A stretch of DNA of 64,000 nucleotides. It comes from Bacillota bacterium (lineage in GTDB: Bacteria; Bacillota; Clostridia; Oscillospirales; SIG627). The notes below the pieces were generated by a model, which saw only the letters and a list, made by a program, of their open reading frames with translations, was not told where the DNA came from and did no database searches. The translations under genes and the position numbers were made by a program. Of the stretch, positions 9,637 to 19,544 are shown piece after piece. Each line of letters opens with the position of its first letter. Position 1 is the first letter of the stretch. The stretch covers positions 8,566 through 72,565 of the forward strand of contig JAQXGK010000032.1 of NCBI GenBank assembly GCA_029006345.1, given 5' to 3'.

Positions 9637-10145
9637 TGCCTAACCTTCCTTTTTTGTCGGTAGTATTTTCGAATAAAGGGCTTCTCGATAAGTCTCTTTA
9701 TATAGAAAAGGCCGTTTTCATACGGATTTATGGGCTTTACGAGAACCGCGTGTGCTCCGCACCGCTTTGCCATAAGTATATCTGTCAGTATCTGATCTCC
9801 GACCACCGTTATTTCATTGGGCTTTATTCCGAAATATGCGGCTATCTGTATAAGCGAACGCCGTTTCGGCTTGCCGGACTTAAATGTAAAGAATACGTCA
9901 AGCTCGCGGCAAAATCTCTCTGCGCGTTCCTTTGAATTATTGGAAGCAATAGCGACAAAAAAGCCGTTTGCTTTCAAATCATCAACATAGCGCTTAGCTC
10001 TTTCGTCCGGGTCGGAGGTTCCGTCTGACACCAATGTGTTGTCAATATCGAGGATAATGCATTTGGAGCCAAAGTCACGGTAAAACTCAGCATCGGCATT
10101 ATAGACAGAGTCGATTATGATATCCGGGATAAATTGTGAAAACAT
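9633..10145 (-). CDS. YqeG-family HAD-IIIA phosphatase
   Basis: 170 aa. Has LDIDNTLV (DxDxT), ASNNSKERA and GDQILTDI. Confidence 0.8.
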   Translation of the reverse strand: MFSQFIPDIIIDSVYNADAEFYRDFGSKCIILDIDNTLVSDGTSDPDERAKRYVDDLKANGFFVAIASNNSKERAERFCRELDVFFTFKSGKPKRRSLIQIAAYFGIKPNEITVVGDQILTDILMAKRCGAHAVLVKPINPYENGLFYIKRLIEKPFIRKYYRQKRKVRQ

Positions 10146-10213
10146 CTTTGTTCCTTTCGGTTAGTTATAGGAATATTTTATCACATTTTTTTCCGGAAGA
10201 AAAGGTATTTTTC

Positions 10214-10924
10214 TCAAATCAATTTAGCTATCTCCCGCTTCAGCCTTGAGAGTATTCTTTTTTCAAGGCGCGATATGTAGGACTGCGATATACCCATATA
10301 CTCGGCTACAGCCTTTTGAGTCTGTTCCTTACAGCCGTTAAGACCGAAACGCATGGAGACTATCAATCTGTCGCGTTCGGGGAGCTGATTGATTGCGCGG
10401 AGAATTATATTTCTTTCCTCCTCTTTTTCGATACCTTTATTTATCTCCTCGCCGTCGCTGCCCAGCACATCCCCCAAAAGAAGCTCGTTGCCGTCCCAAT
10501 CCACGTTAAGCGGTTCGTCGATTGATATTTCGTTTCGCGACTGAGAGGTTTTTCGTATATACATCAGTATTTCGTTTTCTATACAGCGTGATGCGTAGGT
10601 TGCAAGCTTGATGTTTTTATCCAGCCTGAAACTTTTTACCGCCTTTATAAGGCCTATAGTTCCTATTGATGCCAGATCCTCTGTCCCGATACCTGTATTT
10701 TCAAATTTTTTAGCTATAAATACAACCAGCCTGAGGTTGTGTTCAATAAGCTTATTTCTGTCCTCTACCGTTCCTGAGCCGTCATTTAATCGTGAAAGCA
10801 GCCTGAATTCCTCATCAGCCGGAAGCGGCGGCGGCAACTCCTCACTGCTGTTAATATAAAAGACACTATCGGGTATTTCAAAGAAAAATATCTTTCTGAA
10901 TAGACTTATAATATTCTTGAGCAT
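10214..10924 (-). CDS. sigE: sporulation sigma factor SigE (pro-sigma-E)
   Basis: N-terminal pro-sequence followed by EELPPPLPADEE. Region 2 reads NLRLVVFIAKKFENTGIGTEDLASIGTIGLIKAV. Lies immediately downstream of spoIIGA. Confidence 0.85.
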   Translation of the reverse strand: MLKNIISLFRKIFFFEIPDSVFYINSSEELPPPLPADEEFRLLSRLNDGSGTVEDRNKLIEHNLRLVVFIAKKFENTGIGTEDLASIGTIGLIKAVKSFRLDKNIKLATYASRCIENEILMYIRKTSQSRNEISIDEPLNVDWDGNELLLGDVLGSDGEEINKGIEKEEERNIILRAINQLPERDRLIVSMRFGLNGCKEQTQKAVAEYMGISQSYISRLEKRILSRLKREIAKLI

Positions 10925-10939
10925 AACAAATACCTCACA

Positions 10940-11710
10940 TTAAATAATTGAAAGCGGCACTATGGCGTCAGCGCCGTTGTAATCTGTACTGATGTCATCT
11001 ACGGCAATTACGGCGTCGTTCAACCGCTTTTTACCTGCCGAAAAGCAAACGATTCCGTTCGGTCTAAAGGCCCGAAACAGTCTTTTCTGTTCCATTCCGC
11101 CTGCGGCAACCGAAAGATTAAGCTGTGAGTCCGACAGACTTATAAGCGACTGACGGCTGGCAAATATGACAGGTAATCCGGTAACAGGCTCAGTAGCAAA
11201 ATTTCCGCTGTCAACAATTGCGTTTAACTTAAAGACATTTCCGCAATACTCAAAGGATATGCTGCAGGAAACGCAGGAAAGCTTTTGCCTTATTGATTTA
11301 TTCATTAGCTTTGCAAATAACAGACTTATAAATGCCCCTGCTATAATTAGCAAACCGTTTATTCTGTAAGAATCATCTGCCTGCGAAATCAGATTTACTG
11401 CGGCGCCGACAATTCCGCCGGAAAGTAACGATATACACCAAAACAAAGCGGTCGCTTTGATATATACGCGACATAAGCGGAAGCTGAAGGCGACAAGAAC
11501 AAGCAAAAAAGGCATGGCTACGGTATAAATTATCCAAAAGGGTCTCGAATACAGCACGCTTAACGCTGCATACAAACAGCCCAGAACAGACGAAGCCGAT
11601 ATACGTACGACAGTCGTTGAAAGGCGAAGTATGCGCGACGTCAAAAAAAGCGAAAAATAATCCATTAAAAAATTAAAAATAATAAAAGAATCAATATAAA
11701 TAGACTGCAT
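10940..11710 (-). CDS. spoIIGA: sigma-E processing peptidase SpoIIGA
   Basis: 256 aa. Polytopic N-terminal membrane half (IDSFIIFNFLMDYFSLFL...) and a C-terminal domain with DSGN. Position upstream of sigE supports the call. Confidence 0.8.
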   Translation of the reverse strand: MQSIYIDSFIIFNFLMDYFSLFLTSRILRLSTTVVRISASSVLGCLYAALSVLYSRPFWIIYTVAMPFLLVLVAFSFRLCRVYIKATALFWCISLLSGGIVGAAVNLISQADDSYRINGLLIIAGAFISLLFAKLMNKSIRQKLSCVSCSISFEYCGNVFKLNAIVDSGNFATEPVTGLPVIFASRQSLISLSDSQLNLSVAAGGMEQKRLFRAFRPNGIVCFSAGKKRLNDAVIAVDDISTDYNGADAIVPLSII

Positions 11711-11783
11711 ATCATCCGCCCCCCCGTTTCTTTTATAATGATACCACCCGCAGTCCGCGCAATCCGTCGAAACCGGTTATCAA

Positions 11784-11815
11784 CAAAAAAAGAGTACACA
11801 ATGTGTACTCTTTTT
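11784..11815. terminator. terminator of the amino-acid ABC operon (bidirectional shape)
   Basis: A7-AGAGTACA-caatg-TGTACTCT-T5. Confidence 0.75.
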
Positions 11816-11829
11816 GGTCTTATGTAAGG

Positions 11830-12615
11830 TTAAATATTCTCAAGTGAATTCTGCAGGAACGCACGGGTCTTGGCACTCTTGGGATTATCAAATATATCCT
11901 GCGGCGTTCCCGCCTCCTCGATAACGCCGTCCGCCATGAATATAACCCGGTCTGCAACATTCTTTGCAAAATCCATTTCGTGCGTTACGACAATCATGGT
12001 ACTGTCTTTAGATTTTAGTCCTTTGATTACGCGAAGCACCTCGCCGGTCAGTTCAGGATCAAGCGCGCTTGTCGGCTCGTCAAAGCAAAGGATATCAGGC
12101 TCCAACGCAAGTGCGCGTGCAATCGCCACTCTTTGCTGCTGTCCGCCTGAAAGCTGACAGGGATAAAATGTCGCCTTGTCGGAGAGACCGACCCTTTCGA
12201 GAAGCTTGACGGCATTTAAGTTGATTTCACCGAGCACTTCTGATTTGGACCGCCCGTAATACTTAGCGGTTTTAGCACGAAGCCGCGGAGACAGCGTTAT
12301 GTTGTCAATAACATTATACTGAGGGAAAAGATTAAACTGCTGAAAAACAAGTCCGAAATGAAGCCGCTTTTTACGAATCTGCTTATCGCTGAACTTTTCC
12401 TTTACAGACGAATCAAATAGCTTCTCACCGTTGACTATTATCTGTCCAGAAGTCGGTGTTTCAAGAAAATTCAGACAGCGAAGCAGCGTTGTTTTGCCAC
12501 TGCCGGAGGAGCCTATTATGGCAAGAACTCCGCCCTCCATTTCAAAACTGATACCCTTAAGCACTTCGGTCTTTCCAAAGCTCTTAAAAATATCTTTCAC
12601 TTCAAGCCTAGCCAT
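11830..12615 (-). CDS. amino-acid ABC transporter ATP-binding protein
   Basis: Walker [10 protein letters not shown], signature [14 protein letters not shown], Walker [13 protein letters not shown]. Confidence 0.9.
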   Translation of the reverse strand: MARLEVKDIFKSFGKTEVLKGISFEMEGGVLAIIGSSGSGKTTLLRCLNFLETPTSGQIIVNGEKLFDSSVKEKFSDKQIRKKRLHFGLVFQQFNLFPQYNVIDNITLSPRLRAKTAKYYGRSKSEVLGEINLNAVKLLERVGLSDKATFYPCQLSGGQQQRVAIARALALEPDILCFDEPTSALDPELTGEVLRVIKGLKSKDSTMIVVTHEMDFAKNVADRVIFMADGVIEEAGTPQDIFDNPKSAKTRAFLQNSLENI

Positions 12616-12627
12616 GACAACACCTCC

Positions 12628-13302
12628 TCACACCGTGAAATAGCTGAGTTTCTTTTCAAGACGAGAGAACAAAAGCGTTAACACAGCACTAAACACCAAA
12701 TAGTATACTCCGGTAAAAAACAAAGGCCAAATCTGACCTGAAATACCTTGCGATCCCTTCAAAAATGCCTTTCCTGCCCAAATAAGCTCCTGCATGGAAA
12801 TAGTGCCGGCAAGCGAAGTATCCTTGACCAATGTAATTATTTCATTAGACATAGGCGGAACTATACGCTTGATCATCTGCAAAAGCGTTACCTTGAAGAA
12901 AATCTGAGTTTTTGAGAGACCGAGAACCTGGCCTGCCTCCTGCTGTCCGACCGGAACTCCCTGTATTCCGCCGCGGTATATCTCGGAGAAATAGCAGGCA
13001 TAATTAATAATAAAAGCAATGCTGGCAGCAATAAAACGGCTCGTGCTACCGCCTCCCCATAAATCAGACGGCAAAAAGAAGACTATCAGCAGCTGGAGCA
13101 TAAGAGGGGTTCCGCGGATCACCCACACAATTAGCTTGGTGACATATGACAACGGCTTAAAACGGGACATTGATCCGAAGGAAATCACGAGGCCGAGCGG
13201 TATGGCGCCGGCAAGTGTTACAAAAAACAACTTGAGTGTCTGTAAAAATCCGACATTCAGCGCCTCGATTACTGTCGGAAACTGTTCAATAAAAGTATTC
13301 AA
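12628..13302 (-). CDS. amino-acid ABC transporter permease
   Basis: 224 aa. Polar amino-acid permease type with an EAGQVLGLSKTQIFFKVTLLQ (EAA loop) motif. Confidence 0.9.
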   Translation of the reverse strand: MNTFIEQFPTVIEALNVGFLQTLKLFFVTLAGAIPLGLVISFGSMSRFKPLSYVTKLIVWVIRGTPLMLQLLIVFFLPSDLWGGGSTSRFIAASIAFIINYACYFSEIYRGGIQGVPVGQQEAGQVLGLSKTQIFFKVTLLQMIKRIVPPMSNEIITLVKDTSLAGTISMQELIWAGKAFLKGSQGISGQIWPLFFTGVYYLVFSAVLTLLFSRLEKKLSYFTV

Positions 13303-13389
13303 AATTAAAACCCTTTACAGTATAGCCTTATACGCTCCGAAAACAGAGAGCAACAAATGCCCTCTGTTTTCGAGTTTTAAGTTATAAAT

Positions 13390-14232
13390 TTACTTAATAA
13401 GCGCTGCCTGAATACCGTATTCCTTAGCAATAGCCTCTACGGTACCATCGGCAATCTTTTCCTTAAGGAAGCTGTTGAACTTCTCGGTAAGGTCTGAGCC
13501 CTTGCGGAAACCTACACCGTACTCCTCGTCGCTGAGACCAACTGTGTAAGTAAGCTCTTCGTAGCTTGTTCCTTCGCCTACCATTGCCGCAGCCATGAGC
13601 GAGTCAATGATTGCAGCGTCGCAGGTGCCTGCCTTAACCTCCATAAGAGCTGTCGCCTGATCCAAAACAGGAGTAATTGTAAAACCATATTGATTTGCAA
13701 CCTTTTCGCCGGCAGAACCGGACTCAACAGCTATATTGAGATGCTTGCAATCGTCAGCAGATGCATATTTCTCGGCATCTTCCTTATTTACGATAAGAAT
13801 CTGCTGATTGTTGCAATAAGGTGTTGAGCAAGACATGGCGGTAGTAACCTCATCAGTCAAGGTCATACCGTTCCATACGCAGTCAATAGTTTTCTTATCA
13901 ATTTCGGTTGTTTTGAAATCCCAGTTGATAACAGAAAATTCACACTCTACGCCGAGGCTATCGGCAAACAGCTTAGCAAGGTCCGCATCAAAGCCTACCC
14001 ATTCGTCGCTACCGGCCTTCTGATAATCCATAGGCTCAAAATCCGTAATGCCGACTACGAGCTTTCCTTTAGACTTAATATATTCAAGATCGGAAACCTC
14101 TTCGGTAGTCTTTTCAGCGGTCTTTTTAGTGGTCTTTGCCTCAGCCGTGTCAGTTTTCTTGTCCTCGGAGCATGCCGAAAGACAGCAAACCATCATAAGC
14201 GCAGCAAGAAGCAATGCTATAATCTTCTTCAT
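13390..14232 (-). CDS. amino-acid ABC transporter substrate-binding lipoprotein
   Basis: Signal peptide plus lipobox (LSAC), a Thr/Lys-rich linker, and a family-3 SBP-like body. Confidence 0.85.
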   Translation of the reverse strand: MKKIIALLLAALMMVCCLSACSEDKKTDTAEAKTTKKTAEKTTEEVSDLEYIKSKGKLVVGITDFEPMDYQKAGSDEWVGFDADLAKLFADSLGVECEFSVINWDFKTTEIDKKTIDCVWNGMTLTDEVTTAMSCSTPYCNNQQILIVNKEDAEKYASADDCKHLNIAVESGSAGEKVANQYGFTITPVLDQATALMEVKAGTCDAAIIDSLMAAAMVGEGTSYEELTYTVGLSDEEYGVGFRKGSDLTEKFNSFLKEKIADGTVEAIAKEYGIQAALIK

Positions 14233-14292
14233 TTTATTGTCCTCCGATAGTTGTTCAAGTGATTTAACGCTTTAACTTAATAAAGCGTTATT

Positions 14293-14321
14293 ATAATAAC
14301 ACATTAATGTAAATTTGTCAA
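14293..14321 (-). promoter_or_regulatory. candidate sigma-A promoter of the amino-acid ABC operon
   Basis: TTGACA-17 nt-TATTAT on the reverse strand. The leader contains a 9-bp hairpin (AACGCTTTA/TAAAGCGTT). Confidence 0.5.
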
Positions 14322-14422
14322 CAGCATTTATATAAAAAGTATCATTAAAGAAACAGACGAGGCATGATGCTTCGTCTGTTTCTGCAATTATTCGATTTCA
14401 GTAACTTATTCTCTTTGTCGTG

Positions 14423-17059
14423 TCACTCTGTTCTGAGCGCAACCACAGGGTCCTTTTTAGCTGCTATACGCGACGGAATAAGTCCTGCGATAAATGTCAT
14501 AAACATACTAACGGCAACGAGAATTACCGCGCCGCCCAACGGCAGTACAGCCACATTCGTGATACCTGTAGCAGCCTCGACCAACGCGTTGACAGGCAAG
14601 GTAAGTAAAAGAGTAATAAGTATTCCGAGCGCACCGGATACAAATCCGACAATCAATGTTTCGGCATTAAATACCATTGAGATATCATGTTTAGAAGCAC
14701 CGAGCGCACGAAGAATACCGATTTCCTTAGTTCGTTCAAGAACGGAAATATATGTTATAACTCCTATCATGATGGAAGAGACGACAAGGCTTATAGCAAC
14801 AAAAGCGATAAGTACATACGCGATAACATCAATTATGGTGCTGACAGACGAAAGAAGAAGGCCGATAAAATCGGTATACTGGATTTCCTTGGCTTCGTTA
14901 CCTTCCGATTTCATACGCTCATTATAGCCGTCAATGATTTCCGAAATCCTATCCTTAGAATCAAAGTCCTTCGGGTAAATACTGATAATACTCGGTATAT
15001 CGAGCTTAACTATACCGAGTTCTTCCTTAGTGCTTTCAAAGCTGTCTTCCCTCGCCTCCGACTTGATTTTTTCCGCAAAAGACGCTATCACCTGCTCCTC
15101 AGGCATAGTTGCTATCATAGCTTCGACCTGATTGCGCTGCTGCTCGGGAAGCTCGGCAAGATATGCTCTGACATCCTCAATGGTGAAAACCGGCTCGGTT
15201 TCGGCATCGTTAATAAACGGAAGTCCGGTTATCACCGAACGGTCGGTTGATGCAAGCTGTTCGCGGGCAATTTCGGTATCGTTGACGGAATTTATATAGT
15301 ACTCGGTGAGAGCCGCCGTATAACCGATGGAACCGGTATTTTCCCGAGTGACAGAATCCGACTTGGGCCGCAGTATGCCGACCACGTTAATGTCAGTCCC
15401 GTTTCTGACGGCATTTGCTACAAAACCATCGTCGTCCGACATATTCTTCCACAGCCCGGTTGATGAATCCTTTGAATAGAAATCGGTCTTCAAAACAAGC
15501 TTAAAATGAAGGTTAAGTATATCCTCATAGCTGTAAGAAGAAATATCCGACTCAACGGTCTCACCGTTCATGATTTTTGACATCATATCTTTATACTCAG
15601 CCTCGGTCTTTAATCCGAGCGAGTACATTGTTATATCGCTGATCTCATTATTATCGTTGACAATGAGCACAACTTCATTATAGCTCTTCGGCCAGTCTCC
15701 TGCTATAACATCATACTGTGAATCGAGAAGCTCCGCATTTCCGATAAGCTCCTTCCAGATTTCTGACGAAGAAGTATCTGCTCCGATTGACGACATCATA
15801 TTGTTGCGCATATCGCCGGAAGTCTGTGAATTCATGCTGTCCATTACAATATTAGGATATACGCGGTTAATGCCGTTCTCAGTATCGGGAGAATATATAT
15901 CAAAAGAAATATTGTAACCGTACTTGATATCACTTACATAATCGGCAATGCCGCTGTCCTTGCTTTCAATGAACTCCTTGAACGACTTCAAATCGTTTTC
16001 CTTTATTTCGTTGAGCATTTTGTTAGACATATCCTGCATGATATTGCTTGTGTAAACACGGTCAAGATCATGCTCGGACTTCGTCTGAACATTCATCATA
16101 GAAGTCATCATACTGGAAACATCGACAGAGGAGCTTGATATCGAAATCGGATAGCTTGAAAGAGTATCCTCCTGAACACGGTCGATATATGCCTGAAAGC
16201 CGCTGGAAATCGACAAAACCAGCGCTATACCGATAATACCGATGCTGCCGGCAAACGAAGTGAGAAAAGTCCGTGCCTTTTTAGTCAGCAGGTTATTCTT
16301 ACTGAGCGATAAAGCAGTAAAAAATGACATGGAAGGCTTTTTGACCTTTTCTTTTTTCTTAGGCTCATTGTTCTCCTGCCCGTTAAAGGGATTTGTATCG
16401 CTGATAATTCTGCCGTCAGAAAGCTGAACTATTCTGTCGGCATATATTTTGGCAAGCTCAGGATTATGCGTAACCATAATAACCAGCTTGTCGCGTGATA
16501 TTTCTTTTAATATTTCCATCACCTGAACGCTGGTCTCGCTGTCCAAGGCGCCTGTCGGTTCGTCGGCAAGCAATATATCGGGGTTATTAATAAGCGCCCG
16601 TGCGATAGCCACACGCTGCATTTGACCGCCCGACATCTGATTTGGCTTCTTTTTTAGCTGGTCGCCGAGCCCGACACGTTCCAGTGCAGCCTTAGCTCTT
16701 GCTCTGCGCTCCGGTTTTGAGACGCCGTTCAGTGTGAGCGCCAACTCGGTATTTGCAAGCACAGTTTGATGAGAGATAAGGTTATAGCTCTGAAATACAA
16801 ATCCTATGGAATGATTTCTGTAGGAATCCCAATCGCGGGACTTGAATTCTTTGGTAGAGCGTCCGTTAATTATAAGGTCGCCGGAGGTATAACTGTCGAG
16901 ACCGCCGATAATATTCAAAAGCGTGGTTTTACCGCAGCCGGACTGACCGAGAACAGCGACAAATTCGTTTTTTCGGAAGCCGAGACTGACACCGCGAAGC
17001 GCCTCCACCGTGGTATCACCCATCTTATAATCCTTTTTTATATCTACTAATTCTAACAT
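14423..17059 (-). CDS. MacB-type ABC transporter, fused ATPase + FtsX permease
   Basis: ORF trimmed to ATG 17059 (MLELVDIKKDY). Has [23 protein letters not shown] and LADEPTGALD. A large extracytoplasmic domain sits between TM1 and the C-terminal FtsX helices. Confidence 0.85.
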   Translation of the reverse strand: MLELVDIKKDYKMGDTTVEALRGVSLGFRKNEFVAVLGQSGCGKTTLLNIIGGLDSYTSGDLIINGRSTKEFKSRDWDSYRNHSIGFVFQSYNLISHQTVLANTELALTLNGVSKPERRARAKAALERVGLGDQLKKKPNQMSGGQMQRVAIARALINNPDILLADEPTGALDSETSVQVMEILKEISRDKLVIMVTHNPELAKIYADRIVQLSDGRIISDTNPFNGQENNEPKKKEKVKKPSMSFFTALSLSKNNLLTKKARTFLTSFAGSIGIIGIALVLSISSGFQAYIDRVQEDTLSSYPISISSSSVDVSSMMTSMMNVQTKSEHDLDRVYTSNIMQDMSNKMLNEIKENDLKSFKEFIESKDSGIADYVSDIKYGYNISFDIYSPDTENGINRVYPNIVMDSMNSQTSGDMRNNMMSSIGADTSSSEIWKELIGNAELLDSQYDVIAGDWPKSYNEVVLIVNDNNEISDITMYSLGLKTEAEYKDMMSKIMNGETVESDISSYSYEDILNLHFKLVLKTDFYSKDSSTGLWKNMSDDDGFVANAVRNGTDINVVGILRPKSDSVTRENTGSIGYTAALTEYYINSVNDTEIAREQLASTDRSVITGLPFINDAETEPVFTIEDVRAYLAELPEQQRNQVEAMIATMPEEQVIASFAEKIKSEAREDSFESTKEELGIVKLDIPSIISIYPKDFDSKDRISEIIDGYNERMKSEGNEAKEIQYTDFIGLLLSSVSTIIDVIAYVLIAFVAISLVVSSIMIGVITYISVLERTKEIGILRALGASKHDISMVFNAETLIVGFVSGALGILITLLLTLPVNALVEAATGITNVAVLPLGGAVILVAVSMFMTFIAGLIPSRIAAKKDPVVALRTE

Positions 17060-17141
17060 TTGCTTGCCTTCCTTATGAAATATGGAGCAAATTCTACCAT
17101 ATGAATATGACAATCAGGTGAACAAAGGCGCTAAATTTAAC

Positions 17142-17170
17142 TTGACACGATATATTAATGCAAGTATAAT
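17142..17170 (+). promoter_or_regulatory. sigma-A promoter of mntP
   Basis: Perfect TTGACA-17 nt-TATAAT, 28 nt upstream of the mntP ATG. Confidence 0.65.
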
Positions 17171-17198
17171 TAGAGAACTAATCATTTGAGGCAAATAT

Positions 17199-17777
17199 AT
17201 GGGAATTACAGAATTACTGTTTTTGTCGGTAGGACTTGCAATGGACGCGTTTGCCGTTTCGGTTTGCAAAGGCCTTGTGCTGACGAAAAACAAAACAAAA
17301 TATGCTTTTATCATAGCCGCCCTCTTCGGCGGATTTCAGGCTTTGATGCCGTTAATCGGATGGCTGCTCGGGAGCAGGTTCAGCGGATATATCACAAAGT
17401 TTGACCACTGGATTGCTTTTGTACTTCTCGCCTTTATCGGCGGGAAGATGATTTATGAGGCAATTTCATCCGGCGGAGAATGCGACGAATGCAAAGCCAT
17501 TAAAGACAGCATCAGTATAAAAGAACTGTTTATGCTTGCAATAGCAACAAGCATAGATGCACTCGCGGTAGGCATCACCTTCGCACTTATGCCCGGGACA
17601 AGCATCTGGCTTTCCGTCTCTGTTATAGGAGTCGTTACCTTTGTCATTTCGCTTGCCGGCGTATTCATAGGAGACAAATGCGGCACACGGTTTAAGTCAA
17701 AGGCAGAGCTGATCGGAGGAATAATACTTGTTGCGATAGGTCTGAAAATACTGCTGGTCGATCTCGGAATATTCTGA
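17199..17777 (+). CDS. mntP: manganese efflux pump MntP
   Basis: 192 aa, six-TM protein. LAMDAFAVS and SIDALAVG repeats are characteristic of MntP/YebN. Confidence 0.85.
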   Translation: MGITELLFLSVGLAMDAFAVSVCKGLVLTKNKTKYAFIIAALFGGFQALMPLIGWLLGSRFSGYITKFDHWIAFVLLAFIGGKMIYEAISSGGECDECKAIKDSISIKELFMLAIATSIDALAVGITFALMPGTSIWLSVSVIGVVTFVISLAGVFIGDKCGTRFKSKAELIGGIILVAIGLKILLVDLGIF

Positions 17778-17790
17778 AATACATAAGTTT

Positions 17791-17826
17791 AAGCGGCTCA
17801 AGCCTAAAGCTTGAGCCGCTTCTTTT
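17791..17826. terminator. bidirectional terminator between mntP and the GH20 gene
   Basis: 13-bp stem AAGCGGCTCAAGC/GCTTGAGCCGCTT followed by a T-run. Confidence 0.8.
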
Positions 17827-19417
17827 ATGAGTCTGACGGTTGTATTTTTGAGAAATTTTTGACCTCATAGTACGGATCCTCCGCCCATAAATCCCAGCCG
17901 ACCGACTGGCGCTCGCGTCCCTCGTCGGAGGAACAGTCGTAGCATTCCTTGGGCGCGTGGTTGATACCCTTAGCGTCGAGCAATTTTACATTTACCGCAA
18001 GACGCTTTTCAAAATCGGCAAAATCCTTTCTATTCTCAGCCGACCAGCAGATCTCTGAAAGCGCCTGAAGTCTTGGGTAAATATTAAATTCAAGCTTAAC
18101 AGTATCGCGTATATATTCCGTCCAGACAGGAGCTTCCATACCGAGCACCTGGGAAAAATACTTATTATCAAGCCCGAGTGTTTCAGGCGAATGCTTATAA
18201 AACAGTGGAAGATCCTTCATACAGTACATATGGTCCATATATACGAACGGCGCATAAGAAATGACTATATTATTTCCTTTTTCAAGCCATTTTTCGACAC
18301 CGTTTTCCTTATATTCGCCGCACCACCACTGAACAACGGTCTCATCTGAAAGCGTTGAAGCGTCGAGTATTTCATTCCACCCGATCATTTTGCGGTTTTT
18401 GCTCTTCAAATAGGCAAGAACAAAATTATTAAAATCGCCCTGAAGCTCATTTTCGTCCTTTAGACCCAGCTTACTAATTTTTGCCTGACAATCCGGGCAA
18501 ATCTTCCACTGATCCTTCGGCACCTCATCGCCGCCTATGTGGATATACTCGTACGGAAAGAGCTCAACCAGTTCGTCAATGACATTCTCGACGAATTTGT
18601 ATATAGCTTGCTTGCCGCAGCAGCCAATCACATCTATAACACCCCAACGGTCGGAAACCTCTATCTGCTTGCCGGTACAGGAAAGCTCCGGGTAGCAGGC
18701 AATAGCCGCCGCAAGATGACCGGGCATATCAATCTCGGGTATAATATTTATATGGCGTTCTGCGGCATATTCTACTACCTCTCGGATATCCTCCTGAGTA
18801 TAAAATTTGCCTTCTCCGTAGGGCTTATTGATTCTTGCTTCCTTATGCTCGCTCCAGCCAACAGAGTTTATTGCGGTACTGCCGCGAGTTGTTCCCTTTT
18901 CGGTCAGGAGAGGATACTTTTTAATCTCTATTCTCCAGCCCTGGTCATCGCTCAAATGCCAGTGAAAAGTATTCAGCTTGAGAATAGACATCATATCCAG
19001 TGTTTTCTTGATATATTCCTTATCAAAGAAATGACGGGCTACGTCAAACATAAAGCCTCTGTGCCTGAATCTGGGCTTGTCATGTATCTCAGTACAAGCT
19101 ATGCTCTTTTTATCAGTATCAAGCTCGGAAGCCAGCCTAAAGGTCTGAGCTCCGTAGAAAGCGCCTGCTTCCGACGAAGCAAATACACTGGCCTTTTCAG
19201 GTGTTACCGTAAGCTTATATTCCTCTTCGCCGAGAGCCGGGTCGCATACAAATACAAAATCCTTGCCTTGGTCCGATTTAATTGAACAGTCAGCTAGAAC
19301 ATCGCAAAAATATCTTTTTGCCCCGCCGAAAGCACCGGATACTTTGATTCCGTCGGCAAATTCAAAATTGCCCTCAAGTTCTTTCACACTCAACGGATTA
19401 GGTATTACTGAAATCAT
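17825..19417 (-). CDS. GH20 beta-N-acetylhexosaminidase
   Basis: ORF trimmed to ATG 19417 (MISVIPNPL). Canonical HIGGDEV catalytic motif and FHWHLSDDQGWR. No signal peptide. Confidence 0.85.
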   Translation of the reverse strand: MISVIPNPLSVKELEGNFEFADGIKVSGAFGGAKRYFCDVLADCSIKSDQGKDFVFVCDPALGEEEYKLTVTPEKASVFASSEAGAFYGAQTFRLASELDTDKKSIACTEIHDKPRFRHRGFMFDVARHFFDKEYIKKTLDMMSILKLNTFHWHLSDDQGWRIEIKKYPLLTEKGTTRGSTAINSVGWSEHKEARINKPYGEGKFYTQEDIREVVEYAAERHINIIPEIDMPGHLAAAIACYPELSCTGKQIEVSDRWGVIDVIGCCGKQAIYKFVENVIDELVELFPYEYIHIGGDEVPKDQWKICPDCQAKISKLGLKDENELQGDFNNFVLAYLKSKNRKMIGWNEILDASTLSDETVVQWWCGEYKENGVEKWLEKGNNIVISYAPFVYMDHMYCMKDLPLFYKHSPETLGLDNKYFSQVLGMEAPVWTEYIRDTVKLEFNIYPRLQALSEICWSAENRKDFADFEKRLAVNVKLLDAKGINHAPKECYDCSSDEGRERQSVGWDLWAEDPYYEVKNFSKIQPSDS

Positions 19418-19505
19418 AACAGCTCCTAAAAATACTTTTATATTTTGATATATATTTACACATCCATTAAAACACAATCAGCAATTGTTTGCAAGTATTT
19501 GCGTT

Positions 19506-19537
19506 AAAAAGCCGCGGCGGAAAATTACCGCCGCGGC
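19506..19537 (-). terminator. terminator of the pot operon
   Basis: GC-rich 10-bp stem GCCGCGGCGG/CCGCCGCGGC with a T5 run on the reverse strand. Confidence 0.75.
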
Positions 19538-19544
19538 TCAGTTA

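Noticed and set aside
11764-11771. Spo0A-box-like CGTCGAA (6/7 match to TGTCGAA) upstream of spoIIGA.
   Set aside because: A single 6/7 match in a ~75-bp region on two strands is expected by chance roughly one time in five, and I could not define a convincing promoter around it.
18539-19285. 248-aa ORF antisense to the GH20 hexosaminidase. The same situation applies to 22421..23053 (antisense to potA), 14364..15250 (antisense to the MacB-type gene) and 50296..50907 (antisense to the giant gene).
   Set aside because: The sense-strand genes carry unambiguous catalytic or Walker motifs. The antisense translations are low-complexity and lack ribosome-binding sites.
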